Below, piece after piece: positions 54,259-64,000 of a stretch of 64,000 nucleotides of DNA. How positions within the stretch are numbered: the stretch's first letter is position 1; each line of letters begins with the position of its first letter. Position numbers and translations under genes: made by a program. The notes beneath the pieces were generated by a model that saw only the letters and a list, made by a program, of their open reading frames with translations, was not told the origin of the DNA and ran no database searches. The stretch is from a virus: the IMG/VR virus record IMGVR_UViG_3300009124_000004. The stretch is one strand, 5' to 3'.

Positions 54259-57200
54259 TTATAGTTGTTCTACGTAAGTTAAGTTAACTTGAATATCAAC
54301 AGGTTGATTCGCAAGAGATCTTCCTACAAAAAATACTGCCTCAGTATTTACGATATCTGGAGTGATAACCTTTCTATCAAATCCAAAAACATCAGTCAAA
54401 TCAAAGGTTCTAGTTTCATTATTAATATATAGGGTCGTTAGGTTATCCCCTGGTCTAAGTAATGACTCACCTTGCTTATCAATTTGAGATGATGACAATC
54501 TGCTGACCTGAGTAAATGCCGTTGGAACAAGATCATCAATACCATTAGGTGTTTGAGTGATGCTACCTACTCCATCAGCGTTAATTTGTCCTGTCTGCAC
54601 ATTGGTTCCAGCATTGTATGTTACCATGGCATTACCATCGTCAAATGTATATTTCCACTCTGGGTTATAGGTACTAATATTACCCAACAAGTCAGTATTA
54701 TGAACCTCAAGAGATCTAATTTGAGTTGCATCTCTTAAGATTGCAAATGGATATAAGGGGAATGCAGAAAATTCAAAAATACCGTCACTCTTTGGACCAG
54801 TAGAATATGAGTTGGGAGAGTCATATTGATCACCACCAGTAAACCATGCTCTCAATGTAACCTTATTATATGCAATTAAGAATTCAGATCCATTAGTTAC
54901 AATTGGCGTTGTGCCATCAGATTGGAATGATCCGTAAATACTCAGGTTAATTGGGACAATATAGTTTGTAACTGTATTTTGTTGAGCGTCTGTAGTTTGA
55001 TATGTAATTTGAACATCTTCAAACCTACAATCTTGAGCGATAGGACCTGGAGCAGCAGTATAAAAATTAGTATCAAATACATTATTTTTATTGATTGCCA
55101 ACTGTCCACCTTTTGGACTACGAGATCCACCAATAATTGGAGTGGTTGCTGTTAAGAAATAGGAATATGATCCAAGATATGAATCAATTTCTTCTTCAGT
55201 AGTAAATCCACTCCAGTTTTGAAGAGGAATGCCATTAGGTTGGGTAGGAGATAATGCCTGCAATGTTGCTGCTGGAACTTCAGTAACTGATACTGAGATT
55301 GGATCTTCTTTATTCAATCTCATCTCAGAGCATCTGCCAGTATTTGATCCAGGTGGATTAGAAATTCTAAAATCTGTAGTGAATGGACGAATCGTACCTG
55401 CCCAATTTTCTCCACCTTCAAATCCTAAACTACTTAATGAAGTTTGATATGCATGATAATCCAATGATACATATTCAGATTCAGGAAGAATAGTTACATT
55501 AGTTTGCGTACCATTCCTATCTTCAGTAAGTATTGCACCATTTGCTCCTGGTTTTTGCCAACCAGTAAGTTCTCCATTAATATCATAAATTGGTTTATTG
55601 GGAGTGAATCCCATTCTCCAATCTGCAACATGAGATCCATCGTATGGGTCTGGATTCAACCATTTCAGTGCAGCAATTGGACCAGTAACGGGATTTGGTG
55701 ATGCAATTACTGTTTTTCTCTGTGATAATCTTACATCAAATGTGTCTGTACCATAATTACCGAAGAAATCCGCAGGTGTAAAGTTGACCGTATCAACAAC
55801 AATTTTAGCGGGATCTAAAACTCTTTCAGTAATCAACTCATGCTTGTTGCTAAAGATGTATTGAAGTAAATTTACTGTTTGATTTTGTGCCCCAGATCTA
55901 ATGTTACCAATATAGGTATTGTAAAGATTTGAGTAAATAATTTTTGCTCCAAAATCACTGTAATCCAATCCATATTGTGCTCTCTCAGAATCTGTAGTGA
56001 TAAATGTTGGTTGGAATACCAGTGTTACTCCAGAAGTAAATGTTTGAGTAGTTTCTTCTGTAGGTTGTCCCAGGTTTTTTATAGTAATTGTATAAGTTCC
56101 ACTGGATTCGGTAATGTTTGTAATTCTACCAGCTTGAACCCCAGATATTAGAGCACCAGAAATATCAGTATCTAAAAGATGATCACCTAAACGTAAATAT
56201 TGTACATCACTATTAGTAGTTTCAATTGTTGTTGCATTGCCACCCGCTGCACTAGTAACAATTTCAATAGGTGCAAGAGTTAAATCAGTACTCTGTCCAT
56301 TAATGTTTGCTTTGTATAATTTACGTGTGTCGCCAAATGTTCCTGCAGTTACATTGGGCAGATAAAGGAAATTGCTTCCAACACACCCACGACATTTAAA
56401 TACACTAACTTCAGCAAATCCATCAGCAGTGATTGACATTTGCTTTGGAATAATAATCTTTTTGTTTGGAATTAAATCTCCACCACCACTAACAATATCA
56501 CTCTTTGGATATACACCAAAGATTGATGTATATTCACCAGATGATGGCAGTAGTTTAAGATCAGAAGTTTCAGTAAATACACTTACGGTTCCTTCATCAC
56601 CACCATCAATATACATTGATGTACCATACTTATAAAGAACTTGTGGTTCAGTAATATCAGCAGCCTGACCAGATCCAATTCTTACTTCATACTTAAACTT
56701 AAAGAATGGATCTCCCATCGATGGGACATTTAATTTGTTCTCGATAACAAATGTATGAACAACAATCCAACGTGCCTCGCCATTGTCTACTGGTACGTAT
56801 GCATATAATCTAAGTCCAATAGCACCATACCAACCAAATTCAATTTTATACATGGTAATTTCATCTGTGGTTAGCAGATATCCACTAGGTCCATTACCAT
56901 TCAAACTATCACCATTAAACTTCTCTCTACCAAGTTTAACTTCCTGCATATTGTATGTCTTACCACTAATTACTTTAGTGTAATTAGTGACAACTTCTGG
57001 ATCTTCATTACCTAGTTCATCAACTGCACCAAGTTCTTGTAAGAATGATGCTGGATATGCAATGTTTGACCTTCTAACAATATAGAAATTAGCACCCTCT
57101 CTTCTGAATACATATTCATCAAAGTCATTAAAGATACCCCATTCTGCATAGTTATCACCCTGGTTCTTTTCTAATGTTGCTCTTGTACCAAAGGTATAAC

Positions 57201-58713
57201 CACTAATACGACCAGGTTGATATCTAAATGCTTGTCTTGATTGAAGTAATGCAAAGTGTCCACCAGTAGGACCATATCCTGGTTGAAAATCTACCAGGTC
57301 AGGTTCACCACCAGAAACAGAACTATCTGCCCATGGAGTATTAATCCACGTTTCTTCAAATGGGTTCTCAATAATATTAGGAGGTAGTGGATTTGCTTCA
57401 ACACTACCATGACCTAGTACAGTTGAAGTGCCCGTACCTCGCAACTGAAGTGCAATTGTATCTAAAAAGATAAAATTGATTGGTTGACCAGATACTGGAT
57501 CATCAAGTTGCGATTTAACAATTAAATGCCAAGTATCAGTCCAAACAGAAATCTGAAAATAGTATGCAGATGTATTTCCACCATAGTTTGCACTATTATA
57601 ATGTGTATCATCATCCCAAATATTAATTGCGGGAAGGAATCTTGTACGCAATGTATCATATTTTACATAGTTTGAATTTGGATCAGATGATACTACTTGC
57701 TGATCTCTTCTAGAAGTGTAATACTCATATAATGTTTTACCAAGTTTACACCAGTTCTGCCACTTTGCCCATTCAGTAGCGTTGTAAAGACCAGCAACGT
57801 CTACGTTATTAACAATATTTTGAGATAATGGAGGATATGGGAAGTTGTATGGTACGGGAAACGATCCAATTCTCAATGCACCTTCATTCTTTACCTCTTC
57901 AATTTGTGCTGGATAATGATTCTCTCCAGATCCACTCTGCCTGTTTACCCATTCACTAGGACCATTAGGAGGATTATCTGTATAGAATACAAACTCATCT
58001 GTATTGAATCCATATGTTGATACATTAGAGAAAAGTCCCAACTGTGTCTCAGCACGATCAATGCCAAGCAAACTAGAACTCACCTCAGATGTAGCAGCAA
58101 ACTGTTCTGCAATTGGAAGGACACCAGTTCTTTCTTTAGTGACCAATCTCCTGATATATGTGATTGCTTGTCTTCCAGGAGTATTGTCATCATTGGTTGG
58201 ATCTTGTTCCAACTCAAATCTAACAACAAATGCTCCATTTGCTCCTACATTTCCCTCTTCAACAACGTTTTTAATAATAAATGTCTCAAATGCATTACCC
58301 TTTAGGGTAGTGCCATCTTCTTCATAAAGAGGGTCTCCAGTTGCAGCTTCAACTTTAAAACCTCTTTGGATAAACTTCCAAGTGGGTTCTGGATTTGTAA
58401 TTCTAATAAAAGCATCTGTAGTGATGTTTCCATTAGTATCAACAACTCGTTTTACTGTTTCAAATTCTTCACCAAAAAGAAAAGAGAAGAATTGGTTAAC
58501 TACTCTTTTCTCAGTTGGCAATCCTACAGATAATGCTTTTTCTGATGTTAATTCAGAAACAACAAATCCTTCTACCTCAGTAATGAGGTCTGCCCCAGTT
58601 TCATCTGTAAGTTGTACACCTTCAATATCTTGAAGAACTGTTTGTAGATCTCTGGTGGCAGCAGCTCGTTTATTATAACCAATCTTTACGTCAAAATCGT
58701 TTCCTCCAGCCAT
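54259..58713 (-). CDS. Large cyanophage virion structural protein (1484 aa), paralog of 58717-63105
   Basis: SLLGI.RAE.QLGLF.NV.TY; S...FRYQPGR.SG.TFG; MYKIEFGWYGAIG; YIDGGD.GT. Confidence 0.85.
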   Translation of the reverse strand: MAGGNDFDVKIGYNKRAAATRDLQTVLQDIEGVQLTDETGADLITEVEGFVVSELTSEKALSVGLPTEKRVVNQFFSFLFGEEFETVKRVVDTNGNITTDAFIRITNPEPTWKFIQRGFKVEAATGDPLYEEDGTTLKGNAFETFIIKNVVEEGNVGANGAFVVRFELEQDPTNDDNTPGRQAITYIRRLVTKERTGVLPIAEQFAATSEVSSSLLGIDRAETQLGLFSNVSTYGFNTDEFVFYTDNPPNGPSEWVNRQSGSGENHYPAQIEEVKNEGALRIGSFPVPYNFPYPPLSQNIVNNVDVAGLYNATEWAKWQNWCKLGKTLYEYYTSRRDQQVVSSDPNSNYVKYDTLRTRFLPAINIWDDDTHYNSANYGGNTSAYYFQISVWTDTWHLIVKSQLDDPVSGQPINFIFLDTIALQLRGTGTSTVLGHGSVEANPLPPNIIENPFEETWINTPWADSSVSGGEPDLVDFQPGYGPTGGHFALLQSRQAFRYQPGRISGYTFGTRATLEKNQGDNYAEWGIFNDFDEYVFRREGANFYIVRRSNIAYPASFLQELGAVDELGNEDPEVVTNYTKVISGKTYNMQEVKLGREKFNGDSLNGNGPSGYLLTTDEITMYKIEFGWYGAIGLRLYAYVPVDNGEARWIVVHTFVIENKLNVPSMGDPFFKFKYEVRIGSGQAADITEPQVLYKYGTSMYIDGGDEGTVSVFTETSDLKLLPSSGEYTSIFGVYPKSDIVSGGGDLIPNKKIIIPKQMSITADGFAEVSVFKCRGCVGSNFLYLPNVTAGTFGDTRKLYKANINGQSTDLTLAPIEIVTSAAGGNATTIETTNSDVQYLRLGDHLLDTDISGALISGVQAGRITNITESSGTYTITIKNLGQPTEETTQTFTSGVTLVFQPTFITTDSERAQYGLDYSDFGAKIIYSNLYNTYIGNIRSGAQNQTVNLLQYIFSNKHELITERVLDPAKIVVDTVNFTPADFFGNYGTDTFDVRLSQRKTVIASPNPVTGPIAALKWLNPDPYDGSHVADWRMGFTPNKPIYDINGELTGWQKPGANGAILTEDRNGTQTNVTILPESEYVSLDYHAYQTSLSSLGFEGGENWAGTIRPFTTDFRISNPPGSNTGRCSEMRLNKEDPISVSVTEVPAATLQALSPTQPNGIPLQNWSGFTTEEEIDSYLGSYSYFLTATTPIIGGSRSPKGGQLAINKNNVFDTNFYTAAPGPIAQDCRFEDVQITYQTTDAQQNTVTNYIVPINLSIYGSFQSDGTTPIVTNGSEFLIAYNKVTLRAWFTGGDQYDSPNSYSTGPKSDGIFEFSAFPLYPFAILRDATQIRSLEVHNTDLLGNISTYNPEWKYTFDDGNAMVTYNAGTNVQTGQINADGVGSITQTPNGIDDLVPTAFTQVSRLSSSQIDKQGESLLRPGDNLTTLYINNETRTFDLTDVFGFDRKVITPDIVNTEAVFFVGRSLANQPVDIQVNLTYVEQL

Positions 58714-58716
58714 TTA

Positions 58717-61700
58717 CTATTGTTCCTCCCAGGTAACAGCGGCAGTGATTGTAGTTGCAGCAGTAGTGTTATTATATGTATTACTCTCGGAACCGAGTAC
58801 AAATAAGGTCTCAATTTCATCCGTTAATGGGAATGAGAGGTAGTCCTTATTGTAATCAAAGAACTGTTGCAATTCAAACTGTTCGCCACTATTAGCAGGA
58901 GTATACAGCGTTGTAATCTGTTGACCTGTGCCAGGAATTGGTGTCCTCTGCTCAGTGCTAATAGAAATAGCAGAGAGTGCTGCAAGAGGAGTATCAGTTG
59001 GAGCGTAAGTTGCTGGAATGCTGAGTGATGTTGGGTTTGGTTCATAGAACTCACCCGCTCTTAAGAAGTCACCAAAGATAAGAAGATTGATGTTGGTCTT
59101 TTCATATGCACTGAAAAGATATACTCCACTAGCATCTCTCTGCAGAGTACCAAAGATGGTAATTTCATTACCACTGTCACCATCGTAGAATCCTCTGAAG
59201 TATCCAAACGTGCTTCCAAGTTCATCTAAGTAACTTTGGTTACCAACCAATGTACTGTCAAGTGCTACTGGTTTACCAATAGATCCAATATTCAATGCAG
59301 TTCCCTTGTCATATGTTGTTGTAAAGTTTCCACTTACAGCATCTTCTGTTTGGAATACAGGACTCTTAACAAGTTTAATGGTAGCAAAGTTACCAGAGTT
59401 ACCAATAGATAATCTAGTAGGATATACCTGGATACGGTTTCTTACACTATTAACCTCTTCTCTACACTTAAGACCAATGAGAACTTTTGGTCTATCTAAG
59501 ATCAAATGATATGTTCCACCATCAGCAGTTGATAAGGATCTATTAAGATATACTTTTTCAGCAGCAGTGTCTACCCATACAACTTTAACACCAGGATCTC
59601 TGTTAGGTGTTACAACTGTTGCACCCATAAAGAAGGTGTAATCAGTTACAGACAGAGCATTAGTTCCTCCAACTGTTGCACCAGTAAGGTCCAGGTAAGG
59701 AACATTTGCTAAGCTTCCACCACCTGAATCAGAACCATCAGAGTAATCATTGCCTGCAGTGATACCAAATGTCAACTTAGATCCATAAACTTCTTCAGTT
59801 GTTGGTGTGGCGTAATTAAACAGACGAACTGTGCCACGGTCACCACCATCGATGTAGTATGAAGCACCATACTTAACCAGGAATTCAGAGCGAGAATTTG
59901 ATCCAGCAATATAGTTTTCTTGCTTGGTGTTATTGATGTAACCGTAAGATCTCTCTGTACCACCACCATATACCATGTAGGTGATAGGAAGTGTTGGGTT
60001 ACCCAGTGAGGATACCTTCAACTGGTTAGATGCTCTGAGGTGGTGTACACGTACCCAACGTGCTTCACCAGAGTCCAGAGGAACGTATGCAAGGAAGAGA
60101 GCACCAACAGCACCGTACCATGAGAATTCAATCTTATACATGGTAACGTTCTCGGGATTAAGATTCCAATTGGAAGATCTTGTTAATCCAGAACCAGTTG
60201 CAACGTCAGTAACACCTTCACCAGGGAATTTCTGAGATCCTTGTGAGTAAACTACGTCAGAATACAGAACGTCTTGATCCGTTTGACCATCAATCTTCTC
60301 ACCAGAGAATCTAGAGCGTGGAACTCTGTATTCATATACTGGCCAATATTGTGGTTTGACGTGGTTATAAATCCAATCTTTCAGAAGATTATTGTTAACG
60401 TAATTCAAGTCACTTCTAATTGATGCAGCGCCAGAAGAAGTTGTAGCAGCAACATCAGTCCCAACATAACCAATAGTAGTATTACCATACGTATACTTGT
60501 ATGGGAATGCTCCAAATACATTCAGTGTCCAATCTTCTACTTTATCTGGTTCAGCACTATTGTAAGTACCACTGTACTGACCATCAGTTGTATCGGGGAG
60601 AGTAAATGGTGCAGGAGTAACCAGATATGGTCTTACTTTCTCTACAGTAATACTATTAGTAGAACCATAGACAAAAGTATGAGTGCTGGTGTCGGAAGAA
60701 GGAACTGTTGCCAGAACTTGAACTGTAAATACTGTAGTATTGACAACAGTTACAGAAACAAACTTACCTTGAATTGGATCAAGAGGACCATAACCATTTG
60801 CTGGAGAAGAGTTAGAAGGTCTTGGATAGTATTTAACAGACGCATTACTATCAAGATCACAAGTAAATCCTAACGAGAAATCATCAAATCTAACTTTATC
60901 ACCAGTTGATAATCCATGAGCAGCACTTGTCGTGATCGACATAATACCAGTTGTTGGATTATAAGATGTCCCAGTAGTTGGAGTTAACTTATAGTTATCA
61001 GCACTAGTATTAGTATTAAACTCAACAGGTACTAATTTGTTAGCAGCAAATACAGAGGTATCATCTCCATTTGTTGGAACTAAAGTAAGTTTTGCCTTTG
61101 GTCCAACAATATCATGGACAAAGTAGATACCACCATCAACACCCTCAGTGTTCTGACCATTCTTATAGTAATAAACTGAAGAACCTTTTCTCAGACCCAA
61201 GTTAGTTACTCTACCACCACCTCTATAAGTATGGACAATGGTTGATTGGAACAGTTCAAATGTGAAACTATTACTAGTTACATTGCTGATTGGGAAAGTA
61301 TCTTCATCATCCTTTGCAGGATAAACCTTAACAGGATTTGCAAGTGTATGAGAACCACTTCCCAGTGCTTTATTATAACTACATACAGTTTCAATTCCTG
61401 CAAGACGGATAGTTTCATCAATGGTGTAACCAAGACCAGCAGCGTCAGTACCAAAGTTGATGGTCATCTTACCTGTAGAAGGTACATAACTTACGGTAGA
61501 AATATCATCTGCATCATCATAAACTCTATTGGTAATTCTTGCTACTGAAGCACTAGTGACGTTATCATAAGTAGCAGCATCAGGAAGACCAGAGAATGAT
61601 GCATCACCTGCAAGAATTACCAGTTGTCTGCTGTTAATGACTCTTCTGACTTGGAAAACATGCTGGTGTTCAGTATCTGTAGCATCTGGCCATACTAAAG

Positions 61701-63105
61701 GAGTTCCACCATTATCCCAACCAATATCATTAACACGAATATAATCACCCTCTAAAAGATTATGATCAGCAGTAAAGAAGAGTTGAAGTTGTACAACCTG
61801 AGATGCACCGCCAGTTGTTACGACTTTCTCTACTTTGTCGATGGAAAGAGCAGTTTCAGTAATCGTTACTTGCTCTACAGTTCCCCCAGAGAATGATACT
61901 GAATTGAACTGACTTCCATCATAGTTAGAGACACCAACATGAACAACAATTTCATTATTGGATACACTTTCTACCTTAAAATGCTTTCTTGCATACTTGT
62001 TAGGATACAGTTTCTGACCTGTGTCACATGAAAGCATGATGTCTTTCAGAGTAACACTATCACCATCTTTGAATCCATGGTCACCAACAGTTGTAACAGT
62101 TGCTCTACCAGTTACATTGTTATATGAGAAGTTAGAAATATCATACTCAACTGTATCGAGAACAATCTCTCCACCACTTGTATTACCATTGATTTGTGCA
62201 ATATCAATCTCTCTCTTTTCTTTGAGTAGAGAAGGATCAAACAAACCAGCATGGATATTAACTAATCCATCACGGAGGATCACAGAATCTCCATGATACT
62301 TATAGTAGAGACCTGGTAATTCAAAATTACCATAGTCATCATACTGTGCAGTTCCATACTGCTTAGGATTATTAGCGTTAGAAGGATCGTAGAAGAAATA
62401 TTGTGACTTCTGCTGAATCAGGGACTGAGTTCTTCTTACACAACAGAAGTTATCACCACGACTTTCGTTAATACTCTCATAGTAGTAACCATCAAAGTTA
62501 TCAAATACACCATACTTCTTAATTGATGGGTGACGTACCTGCTTGTTCAACTCAGAAAGCATGTAATCTTCCTGGTTGGTTCCACTTGGGTAATCACCAG
62601 ATGAAGTAATCGAAGTGATTGGAGCACGACCAAACTTAACACCAAACGTACCAGCAGATACACGACCTGGTTGGTATCTAAAGAATCTCTTTGAGGTAAG
62701 AACTGAGTATTCGGTGGAAGGTGCTTCAATAAGTGCTCCTGCTTCTGCAGGAACGTGACTTAATCCCCAATCCTGCTGACCAAGGAATCCAGTGAAATCT
62801 GCACGCTCATTTGCTAAAACAGTTTTTAACTGTACTGGTGTCGCTGACCACTCCGATGGATTAACGTCATAAGTGTTAACGTCAGCAAAGATACCCAGAG
62901 CAACTTCAGATCTAGGAATACCGAGCAGTGAAAGTGCAACTTCTGATTGTTGTTTATTCTGTTCCTCAACAGGAATCGCTTCCTGGTCAGATGCAACGAC
63001 GACAGGAATAGATTTCGCTGCCGACTGCTGACCAGTAGGTACTGGAGCTGTTCTGCCGACAACAACAACGGCAGAGTTATTGTTTACATTAGTGTTTGAT
63101 GGCAT
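58717..63105 (-). CDS. Large cyanophage virion structural protein (1462 aa)
   Basis: LLGIPRSEVALGIFADVNTYD; SKRFFRYQPGRVSAGTFG; MYKIEFSWYGAVG; internal tandem YNNVTG..TVTT...HG...GD.V.L repeats. Confidence 0.85.
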   Translation of the reverse strand: MPSNTNVNNNSAVVVVGRTAPVPTGQQSAAKSIPVVVASDQEAIPVEEQNKQQSEVALSLLGIPRSEVALGIFADVNTYDVNPSEWSATPVQLKTVLANERADFTGFLGQQDWGLSHVPAEAGALIEAPSTEYSVLTSKRFFRYQPGRVSAGTFGVKFGRAPITSITSSGDYPSGTNQEDYMLSELNKQVRHPSIKKYGVFDNFDGYYYESINESRGDNFCCVRRTQSLIQQKSQYFFYDPSNANNPKQYGTAQYDDYGNFELPGLYYKYHGDSVILRDGLVNIHAGLFDPSLLKEKREIDIAQINGNTSGGEIVLDTVEYDISNFSYNNVTGRATVTTVGDHGFKDGDSVTLKDIMLSCDTGQKLYPNKYARKHFKVESVSNNEIVVHVGVSNYDGSQFNSVSFSGGTVEQVTITETALSIDKVEKVVTTGGASQVVQLQLFFTADHNLLEGDYIRVNDIGWDNGGTPLVWPDATDTEHQHVFQVRRVINSRQLVILAGDASFSGLPDAATYDNVTSASVARITNRVYDDADDISTVSYVPSTGKMTINFGTDAAGLGYTIDETIRLAGIETVCSYNKALGSGSHTLANPVKVYPAKDDEDTFPISNVTSNSFTFELFQSTIVHTYRGGGRVTNLGLRKGSSVYYYKNGQNTEGVDGGIYFVHDIVGPKAKLTLVPTNGDDTSVFAANKLVPVEFNTNTSADNYKLTPTTGTSYNPTTGIMSITTSAAHGLSTGDKVRFDDFSLGFTCDLDSNASVKYYPRPSNSSPANGYGPLDPIQGKFVSVTVVNTTVFTVQVLATVPSSDTSTHTFVYGSTNSITVEKVRPYLVTPAPFTLPDTTDGQYSGTYNSAEPDKVEDWTLNVFGAFPYKYTYGNTTIGYVGTDVAATTSSGAASIRSDLNYVNNNLLKDWIYNHVKPQYWPVYEYRVPRSRFSGEKIDGQTDQDVLYSDVVYSQGSQKFPGEGVTDVATGSGLTRSSNWNLNPENVTMYKIEFSWYGAVGALFLAYVPLDSGEARWVRVHHLRASNQLKVSSLGNPTLPITYMVYGGGTERSYGYINNTKQENYIAGSNSRSEFLVKYGASYYIDGGDRGTVRLFNYATPTTEEVYGSKLTFGITAGNDYSDGSDSGGGSLANVPYLDLTGATVGGTNALSVTDYTFFMGATVVTPNRDPGVKVVWVDTAAEKVYLNRSLSTADGGTYHLILDRPKVLIGLKCREEVNSVRNRIQVYPTRLSIGNSGNFATIKLVKSPVFQTEDAVSGNFTTTYDKGTALNIGSIGKPVALDSTLVGNQSYLDELGSTFGYFRGFYDGDSGNEITIFGTLQRDASGVYLFSAYEKTNINLLIFGDFLRAGEFYEPNPTSLSIPATYAPTDTPLAALSAISISTEQRTPIPGTGQQITTLYTPANSGEQFELQQFFDYNKDYLSFPLTDEIETLFVLGSESNTYNNTTAATTITAAVTWEEQ

Positions 63106-63108
63106 GGA

Positions 63109-64000
63109 TTAAACGACTCCGATGATACCTTTTGCGATTGTGAATGATCTTTTCTTTTCTATATATCCTCTGGCGTTAGCGTCAATTGCCAGAGTTTGTG
63201 ATCCACTATTCCACCCATTAGAGGTGTTTGTCTGATCATGATAACTGTTAAATCCACCAGTATAAGAGAGTATCAAGGTGAATGACTGTTGAGCAAACCC
63301 AAAGTCAGCAACAGTCATGTTTGCTGGTAATGAATATGCCGTGTTGTGTTCTCTAAGAGTAACAAGATCCCCAATATTAAAGTCAGAAACGTTATCAGCA
63401 TCAATCTTAATTTCATATCGTTCAGTGGTTGAATTGTATCCAATTACACCGTCAATCATATATTCATCAGCAGAACCAACTGCCAGGGACTCTTGACCAA
63501 CAACAGTATATGCAAGATAGTTATAGTTGGTAGAAATACTACCACCACTTAATGTTGTTCTGTATGGAACAGAATGAACTGCTTGCGTATTTGTTGCTGG
63601 GAAGATTTCATAATTACCTTGTGCGTCAATTCCAGATACAATCTGAATTTGAATTCCACCATTATCTGCATCATAAACATTTGCTGCAAGCACAGAAATC
63701 TCTGGATTGTTTGAAAGACCGTCCTGTCTGTACTTAACTTCACCAGCAATAGTTTCATTGCCAAGATTGTCAACAACAATTTTATAAACCTTTGCAGACA
63801 CTGTAGTGTTTGTCAAGTCCTTAGCAAGGTTATCCTCGACAAAGGTAAATCTAATGTTTCCTCCAGTTCCTGTACCACTTGTCTTATCACATGTAATATT
63901 TACAGAGTTGTAATCACTATCGTAAATATCTTCAGTTGGAATCCACTCATCATCTGGACCAAGAATCAAATTATTCTCAGTATTTGCACTTCTAGAACCA
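63109..64000 (-). CDS. C-terminal part of a large virion structural protein (start beyond the right edge)
   Basis: The frame stays open upstream of the track's TTG (GSRSANTENNLILGPDDEWIP); ILGP.DEWIP..DIYDSDYNSVN and YI.KKRSFTIAKG..GV C-terminus. Confidence 0.8.
   Translation of the reverse strand, partial: GSRSANTENNLILGPDDEWIPTEDIYDSDYNSVNITCDKTSGTGTGGNIRFTFVEDNLAKDLTNTTVSAKVYKIVVDNLGNETIAGEVKYRQDGLSNNPEISVLAANVYDADNGGIQIQIVSGIDAQGNYEIFPATNTQAVHSVPYRTTLSGGSISTNYNYLAYTVVGQESLAVGSADEYMIDGVIGYNSTTERYEIKIDADNVSDFNIGDLVTLREHNTAYSLPANMTVADFGFAQQSFTLILSYTGGFNSYHDQTNTSNGWNSGSQTLAIDANARGYIEKKRSFTIAKGIIGVV

Noticed and set aside
45491-63779. Short antisense and off-frame ORFs in the right-hand structural block
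   Set aside because: All lie within long conserved reading frames and have non-protein-like composition.
63967-63969. TTG start of the last ORF
   Set aside because: The frame remains open to the window edge, so the gene is 5'-truncated.

Overview
Virus, not a cellular chromosome: a T4-like cyanomyovirus segment (Kyanoviridae-type; a marine Synechococcus/Prochlorococcus host is inferred). It has three zones. (1) 1-32.8 kb, minus strand: late virion block with a giant modular tail fibre running off the left edge, a second fibre, a DUF4815 structural protein, baseplate gp8/gp7/gp6/gp25, PAAR (gp5.4-like), two PAAR-adjacent paralogs and a small sigma70-driven mini-operon. (2) 32.8-44.2 kb, minus strand: accessory/early region of about 40 small ORFs. 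Thirteen promoter cassettes each carry a 24-bp palindrome (GTGGACAST-N6-ASTGTCCAC) at an almost invariant distance from a -10 box. The region also holds three unexplained non-coding loci: four 24-bp-period repeats (33.0-33.1 kb), a rightward promoter feeding a hairpin array (35.6-35.85 kb), and a cluster of cyanobacterial-type DnaA boxes (TTTTCCACA) next to an AT-rich tract (37.8-38.0 kb). (3) 44.2-64 kb: six large virion/fibre-like genes, including a plant-type LRR fibre and proteins sharing N- and C-terminal modules. No tRNA, rRNA, CRISPR array, integrase or reverse transcriptase was seen. All family assignments come from motif recognition by eye; no database search was run.
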